Shown: in pieces, positions 35,822-46,362 of the stretch | Numbering within the stretch: the stretch's first letter is position 1 | How the letters are laid out: every line of letters begins with the position of its first letter | Assembly: GCA_944350115.1 (NCBI GenBank) | Contig: CALVNZ010000002.1 | Location: 9,939 to 73,938 of the forward strand | DNA from: an uncultured Clostridia bacterium | GTDB lineage: Bacteria; Bacillota; Clostridia; Christensenellales; UBA1242 | DNA: 64,000 nucleotides | Direction: 5' to 3' | Translations under genes and position numbers: made by a program | The notes under the pieces: model-generated | Seen by the model: the letters and a program-made list of their open reading frames with translations, nothing else | Databases searched by the model: none | What the model was told of the DNA's origin: nothing

Positions 35822-36580
35822 ATGATAGATATTATTGATGAATGTGGAGTCGATTTGAAACTACTAGGTTATGAAAACTGTCAAACGGGAAAGTTTTCTT
35901 TAAATTATGGCAAACTTGTTGTTGACACGGATGCAAAAGCAAAGAAAACAGGATTTGACAAAGGGACTTATTTAATTTACAATTGTCCGCTTTTGCATGA
36001 ATTTGAACAAGAATGTTTTGATTATTTGTCACAAATGATCGGTAAAGGTATGAAGGCTTTGTTGAAAAAAAATCATTTAACAAAAAAATCTAAAATTTTG
36101 TTGGTTGGACTTGGCAATCCAAATATTTTAGCTGATTCATTAGGAACAAAAATTTTAGAAAAAATTTCAATAAACCCTTTTAAAAAATCATTGCGACTTT
36201 TTAAGTTTTCTCCTAATGTTTTTGCTATGACAGGGATTAATTCGTTTGATGTTGTGCATATGCTTGCCATTTGGCTTGATGTTGACGGAGTTATCGTTTT
36301 TGATGCACTTGCAACAAATTCGATTGCAAGACTTACCACTTCTTTTCAACTCAACGATGTCGGCATGACCCCAGGAAGTGCTGTGCATAATTTGGGAAAC
36401 AAACTTTGCAAAGCAAGCATTGGCGTTCCGTGCTTGTCAGTTGGAGTGCCAACAATGTTGCTTGCTGGGAAGTTAAAAGAAGAGTGGCCAAAAGACCTTG
36501 TTTTGACTCCAAAAGATATTCATAAAAATTTGGACAGCGTTGCAGAAATAATTGCACGCACAATTAATAATAGTGTGTAA
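35822..36580 (+). CDS. gpr: GPR-type spore endopeptidase (peptidase A25), short form
   Basis: LLVGLGNPNILADSLGTK, MTGINS, VIVFDALATNSIARL, QLNDVGMTPGSAVHN and IGVPCLSVGVPTML parallel GPR motifs. It is adjacent to rpsT as in B. subtilis. The start is uncertain (TTG 35804 or ATG 35822). Confidence 0.75.
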   Translation: MIDIIDECGVDLKLLGYENCQTGKFSLNYGKLVVDTDAKAKKTGFDKGTYLIYNCPLLHEFEQECFDYLSQMIGKGMKALLKKNHLTKKSKILLVGLGNPNILADSLGTKILEKISINPFKKSLRLFKFSPNVFAMTGINSFDVVHMLAIWLDVDGVIVFDALATNSIARLTTSFQLNDVGMTPGSAVHNLGNKLCKASIGVPCLSVGVPTMLLAGKLKEEWPKDLVLTPKDIHKNLDSVAEIIARTINNSV

Positions 36581-36609
36581 TTATGGTTTAGATTAGCATA
36601 TATAACTAT

Positions 36610-37329
36610 GTGAAAAAAGTTGCAATTATAGACAGCGGAAGTGGAGGCATTAATGTTTTGAGAACCCTTATGGCAGAGTGCAAGGGTTTTCAATTTTTAT
36701 ATTTGGCAGACATAGAATTCGCGCCTTATGGAGAAAAAACAAAGAAAGATCTAGTCAAACGTGCAGAGAGGCTAGTGTTGTTTTTAAAACAAATTTTTAA
36801 TCCAGAAATTGTCATATTTGCCTGCAATACATTGACTGCCGTTGCAATTAAAGAAATGCGAAAAGCATTTCCTGAAATAGAATTTATTGGTTGTGAGCCA
36901 GCAGTAAAGCCTGCTTGTGAAGAGTTTGATCAAGAAAAAGTTTTGATTTTGGCAACGCCTGTGACCTTAAATAGAAGTGAACTGATAAAAAGATATCCTT
37001 TTGTAAAAAAGAAATCGATTAAAAATTTGCCAAAACTTATTGATGAAAATTTGTTTGAACTTGAAAAACTAGATGAAACTTTATTAAGGGAATTAAAAGA
37101 TTTAAAAATTTCAGCAGTAGTTTTGGGTTGCACGCATTTTGAAGCAATAAGAAAGCAAATTGAAAACATAACTGGTGCAAAAATATTTGGTTCAAGTGAG
37201 GGAATAGCCAAAAGATTGTCCCATTTTTCTGACGGATCAAGCGAAGTTTGTTGTTCTTTTATGACAACAGGCAAAAATGAAGATCTTATAAAATTTTATT
37301 ATTTTTTAATAAAAAACGAAGAATTTTAA
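36610..37329 (+). CDS. murI: Glutamate racemase
   Basis: IIDSGSGG, both catalytic Cys contexts FACNTLTA and LGCTHF, and a GTG start. Confidence 0.9.
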   Translation: MKKVAIIDSGSGGINVLRTLMAECKGFQFLYLADIEFAPYGEKTKKDLVKRAERLVLFLKQIFNPEIVIFACNTLTAVAIKEMRKAFPEIEFIGCEPAVKPACEEFDQEKVLILATPVTLNRSELIKRYPFVKKKSIKNLPKLIDENLFELEKLDETLLRELKDLKISAVVLGCTHFEAIRKQIENITGAKIFGSSEGIAKRLSHFSDGSSEVCCSFMTTGKNEDLIKFYYFLIKNEEF

Positions 37330-37331
37330 AT

Positions 37332-38072
37332 TTATTTTAAATCTTCACACAAATTTTTATAAATTTCTAAAATTTCAATGCTTTTATACTTCAAATCTTG
37401 AATTTCAGGTTTTGTCATGCAAACAGTTTCAATTAAGTCTGAAAAGTATTCGATAGTTTCATTAATTTTGTAGCTTGAATTATTTGTAAAAGCACTTTCA
37501 AAAAGGTCGGCGTTTTTTTCTAATTTTTCAATTAAACCGTCAAGTTTTTCTTGTGAGTAGGCGGTGGAATAAACTGCTGTTTGCTGACCTATTGCGAGGT
37601 CGCTTAACAATCTAAAACTTGTCAAAAACATTGAATAAGTGCTGACAAGCAAATTTCTTTGGTCTACTGAAAAATCTTCGTCTATTAAAATTTGATTAAA
37701 GTATATTTCCAGAAGTTCACAGTTTGTTTGTTGTTTTTCTAATTGCTTTATCACAAGCGTTGCATCATTTTTGTTTTCATATGCTCCATAAACGGCATAA
37801 TAATACTCTCCGTTTTGCCAAACATAGCCACTAGAATCCGGGGTGTCTTTTGCAAGAATTTCCGCTTCGCGTTCAAGTTGTGATTTTGCTGGGCAAACCA
37901 AATAAAAATTTGTTTCCAAAGCGCCAATCGTGCCTTGCGGGGTGAGGTCACCAATTATTGAAAGTGATGATGAAAAAAAACTTGCAACGCTCATTGCGAC
38001 GAAACAAGCAAGAATAAATAATGCAATGAAAATAATTAAAATTTTCTTTTTGACGATTATTTTTGTTTTCAC
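37332..38072 (-). CDS. Hypothetical membrane-anchored protein, possible SPOR-like segment
   Basis: N-terminal TM helix. YYYAVYGAYENKNDATLVIKQLEKQ resembles a SPOR beta-alpha-beta unit. The remainder is helical. Confidence 0.5.
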   Translation of the reverse strand: MKTKIIVKKKILIIFIALFILACFVAMSVASFFSSSLSIIGDLTPQGTIGALETNFYLVCPAKSQLEREAEILAKDTPDSSGYVWQNGEYYYAVYGAYENKNDATLVIKQLEKQQTNCELLEIYFNQILIDEDFSVDQRNLLVSTYSMFLTSFRLLSDLAIGQQTAVYSTAYSQEKLDGLIEKLEKNADLFESAFTNNSSYKINETIEYFSDLIETVCMTKPEIQDLKYKSIEILEIYKNLCEDLK

Positions 38073-38184
38073 TGATTTAAATATATGACTTAATTTGACA
38101 AAGTATGTTTTATTACAATGGCACTTTTGCTAGACAAAAACCAAAAGAAAGATGTAAAATGTTTAGGTAAGTAGGAGGAGACAA

Positions 38185-40096
<1,912 letters not shown>

Positions 40097-40144
40097 AGGT
40101 TTTAAAAATTTAAAAGAAGGGAAAGATTAGTTTAGGAGGATTTT

Positions 40145-40648
40145 GTGAAAAAGCTTTTTATTCTAGTCTTTTCTTTTTTTGTTTCTGTTACGTTTCTCGG
40201 TTGTGAAAACGCAACAAAAATATCTTTGGCATCTTTTAGCAACATGACATCTGCAGGCAGTGAAAATTATACTGTAAAGATAAGTTTTCAGTCGGACACT
40301 AGATTTGAAGAAAAATATTATGATGTGCAAATCATGTCTAATACGGAAGATGTGGAGCTTGTTTTTTGGAAAGAGGGAGAAGATAAGCTGACGAGCACTT
40401 TGACAGAAAAAAATGTGTGGAATTCACTTACAAGCCTAAAAGTTTCGGCAGCAGGTCTTGAAGGGCAAGAAGATTTTTCGCAATTAAAGGACGCAGTAAA
40501 TGAAATTTATATATTTAATGTGAACAAACCTTGCAAACTTATATTTAGAGTCGTCGCAGGGCAGATAAGTGAAAATTCTGACAAAACAGGTCTAATAATT
40601 GCAAACACAGAACCGATTTCTAATGACTTTGTTTTAAATTGTGCGTGA
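40145..40648 (+). CDS. Hypothetical lipoprotein
   Basis: Signal peptide with lipobox (VTFLGC). GTG start after AGGAGG. Confidence 0.6.
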   Translation: MKKLFILVFSFFVSVTFLGCENATKISLASFSNMTSAGSENYTVKISFQSDTRFEEKYYDVQIMSNTEDVELVFWKEGEDKLTSTLTEKNVWNSLTSLKVSAAGLEGQEDFSQLKDAVNEIYIFNVNKPCKLIFRVVAGQISENSDKTGLIIANTEPISNDFVLNCA

Positions 40649-40699
40649 TTGCTTTTGTTTTTTTTAAAAAATATTGTAAAATAAGCATAGGAGAGTGCT

Positions 40700-41371
40700 A
40701 TGCTTACAATAAAACATTTATTTTTAAAATACACAAGGGAGTTTTATGCTTTATATGACATCAATCTCGAAGTAAAGCCTGGCGAAGCTGTTGCTTTTGT
40801 TGGAATGGATGACAGTGGGAAAACTAGTCTTCTTCGCGCAATAGCAAAGTTGGAAAAGCCTCAAAAGGGAGAAATTTATTTAAAAGATAGGCCACTTAAA
40901 AAAGTCAATTTTAGAACTGATATAAGTGCTGGTTATGTTCCATCTTCTCCTGTGTTTTTGGAAAATAAAACAGTTTATGAAAATTTTAAATATATTTTAA
41001 GTGAAAGAAAACTTCCGCCAGAAGAGATAGAAAACAAAATAAACGAAGCGGTGATTGATTTTTCACTCGAAAAAATAAAAGATGAAAAGGTTGCAAACTT
41101 ATCAATAGAAGAAAAATACATTTTATCTTTGATTAGATTGTCATTTAGGAAACTTGATTTTCTTATGATTGACAACATTTTTGATCATCTTTCAGAGTTT
41201 TATTTAGAAATTATTGATGAAATTATAGACAAATTAAAAACGCCGCAAACGACACTTGTTCTTGCGACGACCGACGAAAAGATTGCAAACAGATTCTGCA
41301 AACGAAAAATTTATTTTAAAAATGGTTCTATTGTTTCGCAAGCAGACTATTACGATAAATCAGAAAATTAA
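40700..41371 (+). CDS. ABC-type ATPase-like protein, catalytically degenerate, orphan
   Basis: Walker A is kept (GMDDSGKTS). The signature LSGGQ reads LSIEEK, Walker B DE reads IDN (FLMIDNIF), Q-loop Q is absent, and the H-loop reads ATTD. No permease is adjacent. Confidence 0.7.
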   Translation: MLTIKHLFLKYTREFYALYDINLEVKPGEAVAFVGMDDSGKTSLLRAIAKLEKPQKGEIYLKDRPLKKVNFRTDISAGYVPSSPVFLENKTVYENFKYILSERKLPPEEIENKINEAVIDFSLEKIKDEKVANLSIEEKYILSLIRLSFRKLDFLMIDNIFDHLSEFYLEIIDEIIDKLKTPQTTLVLATTDEKIANRFCKRKIYFKNGSIVSQADYYDKSEN

Positions 41372-41709
41372 TTTTCGGGAAAACTCTTTTCTTTCGGGCT
41401 TTCGGGCTCGGAAGAATTTTTTTTATTTGTCACATTTGCCATTGATGATAAGATGCTCATCAAAGGATTTGCGTTTGAATTAGTGCCAGCGATTGAGTTT
41501 AATGCTTCTTGTGAAAGCACAGATGAGTTTGCTCCTCCCAGCAAAAATTTAAGAAGCAAAGGCATCAAAGCACTATTATTTCCAAAAGGGCTTTGTTTGT
41601 TTGCATTTTCATTTTGATTTACGCCTTCTTGTTGCATAAATGCTGATGGATTGTTTTGCGCGGAATATGCTTCAGGAGGGTATAAAGGTAAGGATTCTTT
41701 AAATTTCAT
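41368..41709 (-). CDS. Hypothetical Asn/Ser-rich protein
   Basis: The ORF has a plausible hydrophobic core (ALMPLLLKFLLGG), but no convincing RBS at either candidate start (ATG 41709 or TTG 41769). Confidence 0.35.
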   Translation of the reverse strand: MKFKESLPLYPPEAYSAQNNPSAFMQQEGVNQNENANKQSPFGNNSALMPLLLKFLLGGANSSVLSQEALNSIAGTNSNANPLMSILSSMANVTNKKNSSEPESPKEKSFPEN

Positions 41710-41798
41710 ATTTTTATATATGCTCAAATATTTTTTTTTGCAACAAAAGTGGAAAATTTTTTTAATCAAACATATATTGTTGTGTGGAAGAGGAAAAG

Positions 41799-42083
41799 AT
41801 GAGCAGAAATTTTTCAGATTTTGAATTTGTTAAAATACCAAAAGAAAAGGTGGAAACTAAAAAAGAATCAGTCAAAGAAGAAGATTTAAGAAAAGCTTAT
41901 GATGAATTCAGCTCGCTTGATGAGAATGGCTTGCAAGAAAAACTCGTCAAAGAAATATCAAAAAGAAAACAAGAAGGAACGCTTGATGTGAATATGCTTT
42001 TAAACAGCGTTGAATCAATCAAGGGTTTTTTGCCTTATGAAACTTATATGAATTTAAAACAAATGATTGAGAACATGAAATGA
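41799..42083 (+). CDS. Hypothetical small charged protein, translationally coupled to the S8 protease
   Basis: GGAAGAGG RBS before the ATG at 41799. ATGA overlap with the downstream gene. Confidence 0.5.
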   Translation: MSRNFSDFEFVKIPKEKVETKKESVKEEDLRKAYDEFSSLDENGLQEKLVKEISKRKQEGTLDVNMLLNSVESIKGFLPYETYMNLKQMIENMK

Positions 42084-43222
42084 ATTTAAACAAAATAGAT
42101 GAAAGACTTCTTTTTATTCATACTTTTGCAAAAGAAGAAAAAATCTGTTGTTTGGTGACAGCAGAAAACTTTGAGTTTGCAAAAAGAGTTTTAAAATCAA
42201 ATGCAGTTGAAATTTTAGACGAATATTTATTCATAAAATCTTTTTTTGTTAAAGCCAGCAAAAAACAAATTTTTTCACTTTCAAAACTAGGTTGCATAAA
42301 ATACATATCTTCAAATGTTTCTGCTTTGGCACTTATGAATGTGGCGCGAAGAGTTTTGCAAATGCCACAAACAAATTTAACCGGCAAAGGTGTTAATATT
42401 GCTTTTATTGACACAGGAATTTCCAAACACACAGATTTTTTGTTTGGTGAAAATAGAATAAAAAAGTTTTTAGATTTTGTAGGTGGCAAAAAACAGCCGT
42501 ACGACGACAATGGCCATGGCACATTTGTTGCAGGGGTTTGCGCGGGCAATGGCGCAAGCAGTTCTGGAAAATTTATGGGCGTTGCTCCACAAGTTGGAAT
42601 TTATGCATTAAAAGCTCTTGACCAAAATGGTGAGGCTTATTCAAATAAAATTTTAGATGCTATGGAGTGGGTTTTTGAAAACCACAAAAAAAATAATATC
42701 AAAGTTGTTTGTATGAGTTTTGGAAGTGAGCCATTAGGAGTCAATGATCCAATCATGAATGGGGCAGAACAACTTTGGAAAAGTGGAGTGGTTGTGGTTG
42801 CGGCAGCAGGAAATAGTGGGCCAGAATATCAGTCCATAAAAAGCCCTGGGGTGAGTCGCAGACTGATTACCGTTGGCGGTTTAGATGACAATAGACTTGA
42901 CGAAGGAACATTTAATCCATCGCTTTTTGAGATAGCAAATTTTTCTTCACGAGGCCCATCTTTTAGAGGATTTAAACCTGATGTGGTTGCGCCAGCAGTT
43001 GACATAGTTTCTTGTGCTTGCGCCGGTGGTTACACAAAACTCAGTGGAACAAGTGTCGCCACGCCGATGATCGCAGGAGCGATGTGCTTGCTTTTTGAAA
43101 AAAATCCGAATCTTTCTCCCGACGAAGCAAAACGAAAATTGTTGTCGGTTTGCAAACCGATTACATATAATCATAATATTGAAGGGTTTGGTTATCCTGA
43201 TCTAACTAAATTTTTGAATTAA
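42080..43222 (+). CDS. S8-family subtilisin-like serine protease, no signal peptide, with N-terminal prodomain-like region
   Basis: Catalytic triad contexts IAFIDTGIS (D), HGTFVAG (H), AAAGNSG (oxyanion N) and SGTSVATPMIAG (S). Confidence 0.88.
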   Translation: MNLNKIDERLLFIHTFAKEEKICCLVTAENFEFAKRVLKSNAVEILDEYLFIKSFFVKASKKQIFSLSKLGCIKYISSNVSALALMNVARRVLQMPQTNLTGKGVNIAFIDTGISKHTDFLFGENRIKKFLDFVGGKKQPYDDNGHGTFVAGVCAGNGASSSGKFMGVAPQVGIYALKALDQNGEAYSNKILDAMEWVFENHKKNNIKVVCMSFGSEPLGVNDPIMNGAEQLWKSGVVVVAAAGNSGPEYQSIKSPGVSRRLITVGGLDDNRLDEGTFNPSLFEIANFSSRGPSFRGFKPDVVAPAVDIVSCACAGGYTKLSGTSVATPMIAGAMCLLFEKNPNLSPDEAKRKLLSVCKPITYNHNIEGFGYPDLTKFLN

Positions 43223-44239
43223 ATCAATAATTTTTTTATTTGCTTCGTTTTTGCCAGTTTTTTTCATGTTTTTTTTGTAAAAATCAAGATTTTTAAGCAT
43301 TTTGTTTATTGTTTTTTCTAAATTTTCTTTTGTTAAATCTTCATCTAAAATCATTTCGCCATATCCAAGCGATGTAAAAAGCTTTGCATTTTCAATTTGG
43401 TCACCGCGTGAGGCTTGCTTTGACAACGGAAGCATGAGCATAGGTTTTTGCAGAGCGAGAAGTTCATTAATGACACCTGATCCAGCTCTTGTTATTACAA
43501 GATCGGCACACATGTAATAGTCAGCTATTGGATCAAGATAGGCAATTGGATGATAGTTGTTTTGTGGTTTAAAGTTTTCAATGTTTGCTTTGCCAACGCC
43601 ATGAATGACAACAAAATTTTCAGTTAAAAATGAAGGGTCAACGAGTAAGTCGTTGATTTTTTTTGCGCCCAAACTGCCACCAACAAAAAGCAAAATAGGT
43701 TTTGATGGGAAGCCGAGTTTTATTTTAATTTTTTCTCCATCTCCTTCAAAAAGAGAGTTTCTTATAGGCTGACCGGTGTGCAGAAAATTTTTGCCTTTTT
43801 TGCTTGTTTGATAAAAAGTGGTGCAGGTGCATAAAGCAAGTTTTGAAATTATTTTGTTTGCAAGCCCCATGCTTAAATCTGACTCATGAGTGATGAGCGG
43901 AAGTTTCAATTTTTTCGCAGCGATCGCAACAGGCAAAGAAACAAAACCGCCTTTTGAAAAAACAATGTTTGGCTTGATTTCTTTTAAAAGCTTTTTTGCA
44001 GATTTAACAGATTTAAAAAGTTTAAAAGGAATTTTAAAGTTTTTAAACAATTTGCTTCTGTCAAATTTGACAGCGGTTATTTCATGAAAAACGATGTTTG
44101 AATATTTTGCAACGATTTCTTTTTCTATGCCGTTTGTTCCAATGTAATGTATTTCATAATCTTTTAAATTTTCAGCTATCGCTAGGTTGGGATAGATATG
44201 CCCAGCCGTGCCACCACCACAAAAAACAATTTTTTTCAT
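43202..44239 (-). CDS. murG: UDP-N-acetylglucosamine--N-acetylmuramyl-(pentapeptide) pyrophosphoryl-undecaprenol N-acetylglucosamine transferase
   Basis: GGGTAGHIYP N-terminal motif and a GT28 C-terminal pattern (ITRAGSGVINELL). Confidence 0.93.
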   Translation of the reverse strand: MKKIVFCGGGTAGHIYPNLAIAENLKDYEIHYIGTNGIEKEIVAKYSNIVFHEITAVKFDRSKLFKNFKIPFKLFKSVKSAKKLLKEIKPNIVFSKGGFVSLPVAIAAKKLKLPLITHESDLSMGLANKIISKLALCTCTTFYQTSKKGKNFLHTGQPIRNSLFEGDGEKIKIKLGFPSKPILLFVGGSLGAKKINDLLVDPSFLTENFVVIHGVGKANIENFKPQNNYHPIAYLDPIADYYMCADLVITRAGSGVINELLALQKPMLMLPLSKQASRGDQIENAKLFTSLGYGEMILDEDLTKENLEKTINKMLKNLDFYKKNMKKTGKNEANKKIIDLIQKFS

Positions 44240-44404
44240 ATCACACCTTTTTATATTTTACGCAATGTGAAGAAAAAATATTTTATAATAATTATACAAA
44301 AACATGCATAAAAATACGATTTTTTCAATTTAAAAATTTCTTGGTTAAAATCTCAAAATATGATATAATCTAATCAAGAAAGCAACAACATTTTGGGAGT
44401 TAAG

Positions 44405-46351
44405 ATGACATCGAAATATGAAGCAAAAGATATCGTAGTTTTAGAGGGCTTGGATGCAGTTAGGCTTCGTCCTGGCATGTATATCGGCACAACAGGGCCA
44501 AAAGGTTTTCATCATATTCTTTGGGAGATTGTTGACAACTCTATTGATGAAATTTCAAGTGGATTTGGAAGCACTATTACAATAACTTTAAATCGAGATG
44601 GAAGCGCGACTGTCGAAGATGACGGGCGTGGTATTCCTGTTGATATTCATCCAACTATGAAAAAGTCCGGCGTGGAAGTCGTTTACACAACTTTGCATGC
44701 AGGCGGAAAATTTAACAATTCAAACTACAAATTTTCTGGTGGTTTGCACGGCGTTGGTGCGTCAGTTACTAATGCTCTTTCCGAGTGGTGTGATGTCACT
44801 GTCAACAGAAATGGCAAAACATACAACATGCGTTTTGAGTCTTTGGAAGATGGTGAAGGAAAAGTTCATGGTGGACAAGTTGTCAAACCACTTACGCAAG
44901 AAGGCAGTTCAAAAACAACAGGAACAAAAGTCACGTTTTTGCCAGACAAAAGAATTTTTGGAGAGCAACAATTTAATTTTGAACTAATTGCAAAACGAGC
45001 GAGAGAACTTGCGTTTTTAAACAAAAATCTGAAAATAAACATTATTGATAAAATTGATGGAAATCAAACCACTTTTCATTACGAAGGTGGCATTGCAGAC
45101 TTTGCAAAATATTTGGTTGAAGAAAAGACAAAACTTTTTCAAGAACCTATTTACATCGAGCAAGAAGACAAAGATTTTAAAATGGAGCTTGCAGTAATTT
45201 ACACTGATTCTTACACAGAGAATTGCTTTTCTTATGTCAACAACATTCCAACAACAGAGGGAGGAACGCATGAAACTGGTGCGCGTTCGGCCATCACCAA
45301 AGTGTTTAATGATTATGCTCGCGCCAACAATTTTTTAAAGGAAAAAGAACAGAACTTTTTGGGTGAAGATTTCCGTGAAGGAATCACTATTGTGCTTTCT
45401 GTCAAAATGAATAACGTGCAATTTGAAGGTCAAACAAAGACAAAACTTGGAAATCCAGAAGCTCGTGTTAAAGTTGAAGCGCTTACTATTAAAGGCTTGC
45501 AAGAGTTTTTGTCTAACAAAAAATCTTCGTCAGTCGCAGAAGCAATTTTAAACAAAGCAAAAGGCGCTGCAAAGACGAGAGAAGCGGCAAAAAGAGCAAA
45601 AGAACTTTCGCGTGCAAAAAATTCGGCGGATAACTTTAATTTGGTTGGAAAGCTGGCTGCTTCTTCTTCAAAAAATCGTGAAAAAGCAGAGTTGTTCATC
45701 GTGGAAGGCGATTCTGCTGGCGGAAGTGCAAAGCAAGGGAGAGACAGATCTTTTCAAGCTATTTTGCCTTTAAGAGGAAAACCTTTGAACGCAGAAAAGA
45801 AAAGGATCGATCAAGTTTTAGGAAATGAAGAAATTAGAACTATCATTTCTGCATTAGAAACAGGGATTGGCGAAGACTTTGATTTGTCTGCTTTAAGATA
45901 CAACAAAGTTATTATTCTTTCAGATGCTGACCAAGACGGTGCTCATATTCGTGCAATTTTGCTGACATTCTTTTATCGTTATATGCGTGAACTCATCAAT
46001 GACGGACATGTTTTTATTGGCTTGCCACCACTTTATAAAGTTTATAAAAAAGGCTATGAAGAATATGTTTATTCTGACGCTGAACTTCCAGCAGCAACAG
46101 CTAGGGCAGGCAAGGGTTATTTAATTCAAAGATACAAAGGTCTTGGTGAAATGAACCCTGATCAACTTTTTGAAACAACGATGGATCCTGAAAAACGAAC
46201 GCTTATTCAAGTTACAATTGATGATGCTGCTGAAGCAGAAAAAATGGTTGTTACACTTATGGGTGATGACATTGAAGCAAGAAAAGATTACATTTCAAAA
46301 CATGCTAACTTTGACAAAGTTGACACGTTTATGAATGAGTATAAAAGTTAG
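44405..46351 (+). CDS. Type IIA DNA topoisomerase subunit B (GyrB/ParE family)
   Basis: [21 protein letters not shown] ATPase motifs, and Toprim EGDSAGG and DADQDGAHI. The ATG at 44405 follows GGGAG. Confidence 0.93.
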   Translation: MTSKYEAKDIVVLEGLDAVRLRPGMYIGTTGPKGFHHILWEIVDNSIDEISSGFGSTITITLNRDGSATVEDDGRGIPVDIHPTMKKSGVEVVYTTLHAGGKFNNSNYKFSGGLHGVGASVTNALSEWCDVTVNRNGKTYNMRFESLEDGEGKVHGGQVVKPLTQEGSSKTTGTKVTFLPDKRIFGEQQFNFELIAKRARELAFLNKNLKINIIDKIDGNQTTFHYEGGIADFAKYLVEEKTKLFQEPIYIEQEDKDFKMELAVIYTDSYTENCFSYVNNIPTTEGGTHETGARSAITKVFNDYARANNFLKEKEQNFLGEDFREGITIVLSVKMNNVQFEGQTKTKLGNPEARVKVEALTIKGLQEFLSNKKSSSVAEAILNKAKGAAKTREAAKRAKELSRAKNSADNFNLVGKLAASSSKNREKAELFIVEGDSAGGSAKQGRDRSFQAILPLRGKPLNAEKKRIDQVLGNEEIRTIISALETGIGEDFDLSALRYNKVIILSDADQDGAHIRAILLTFFYRYMRELINDGHVFIGLPPLYKVYKKGYEEYVYSDAELPAATARAGKGYLIQRYKGLGEMNPDQLFETTMDPEKRTLIQVTIDDAAEAEKMVVTLMGDDIEARKDYISKHANFDKVDTFMNEYKS

Positions 46352-46362
46352 GAGCGTGCAAA

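Noticed and set aside
38073-38184. Expected CIRCE operator (TTAGCACTC-N9-GAGTGCTAA) upstream of groES
   Set aside because: Only a partial half-site-like atggcactt is present, with no inverted partner. No CIRCE element is called, and the groES promoter was left unannotated because the TTGACA/TACAAT spacing is only 13 nt.
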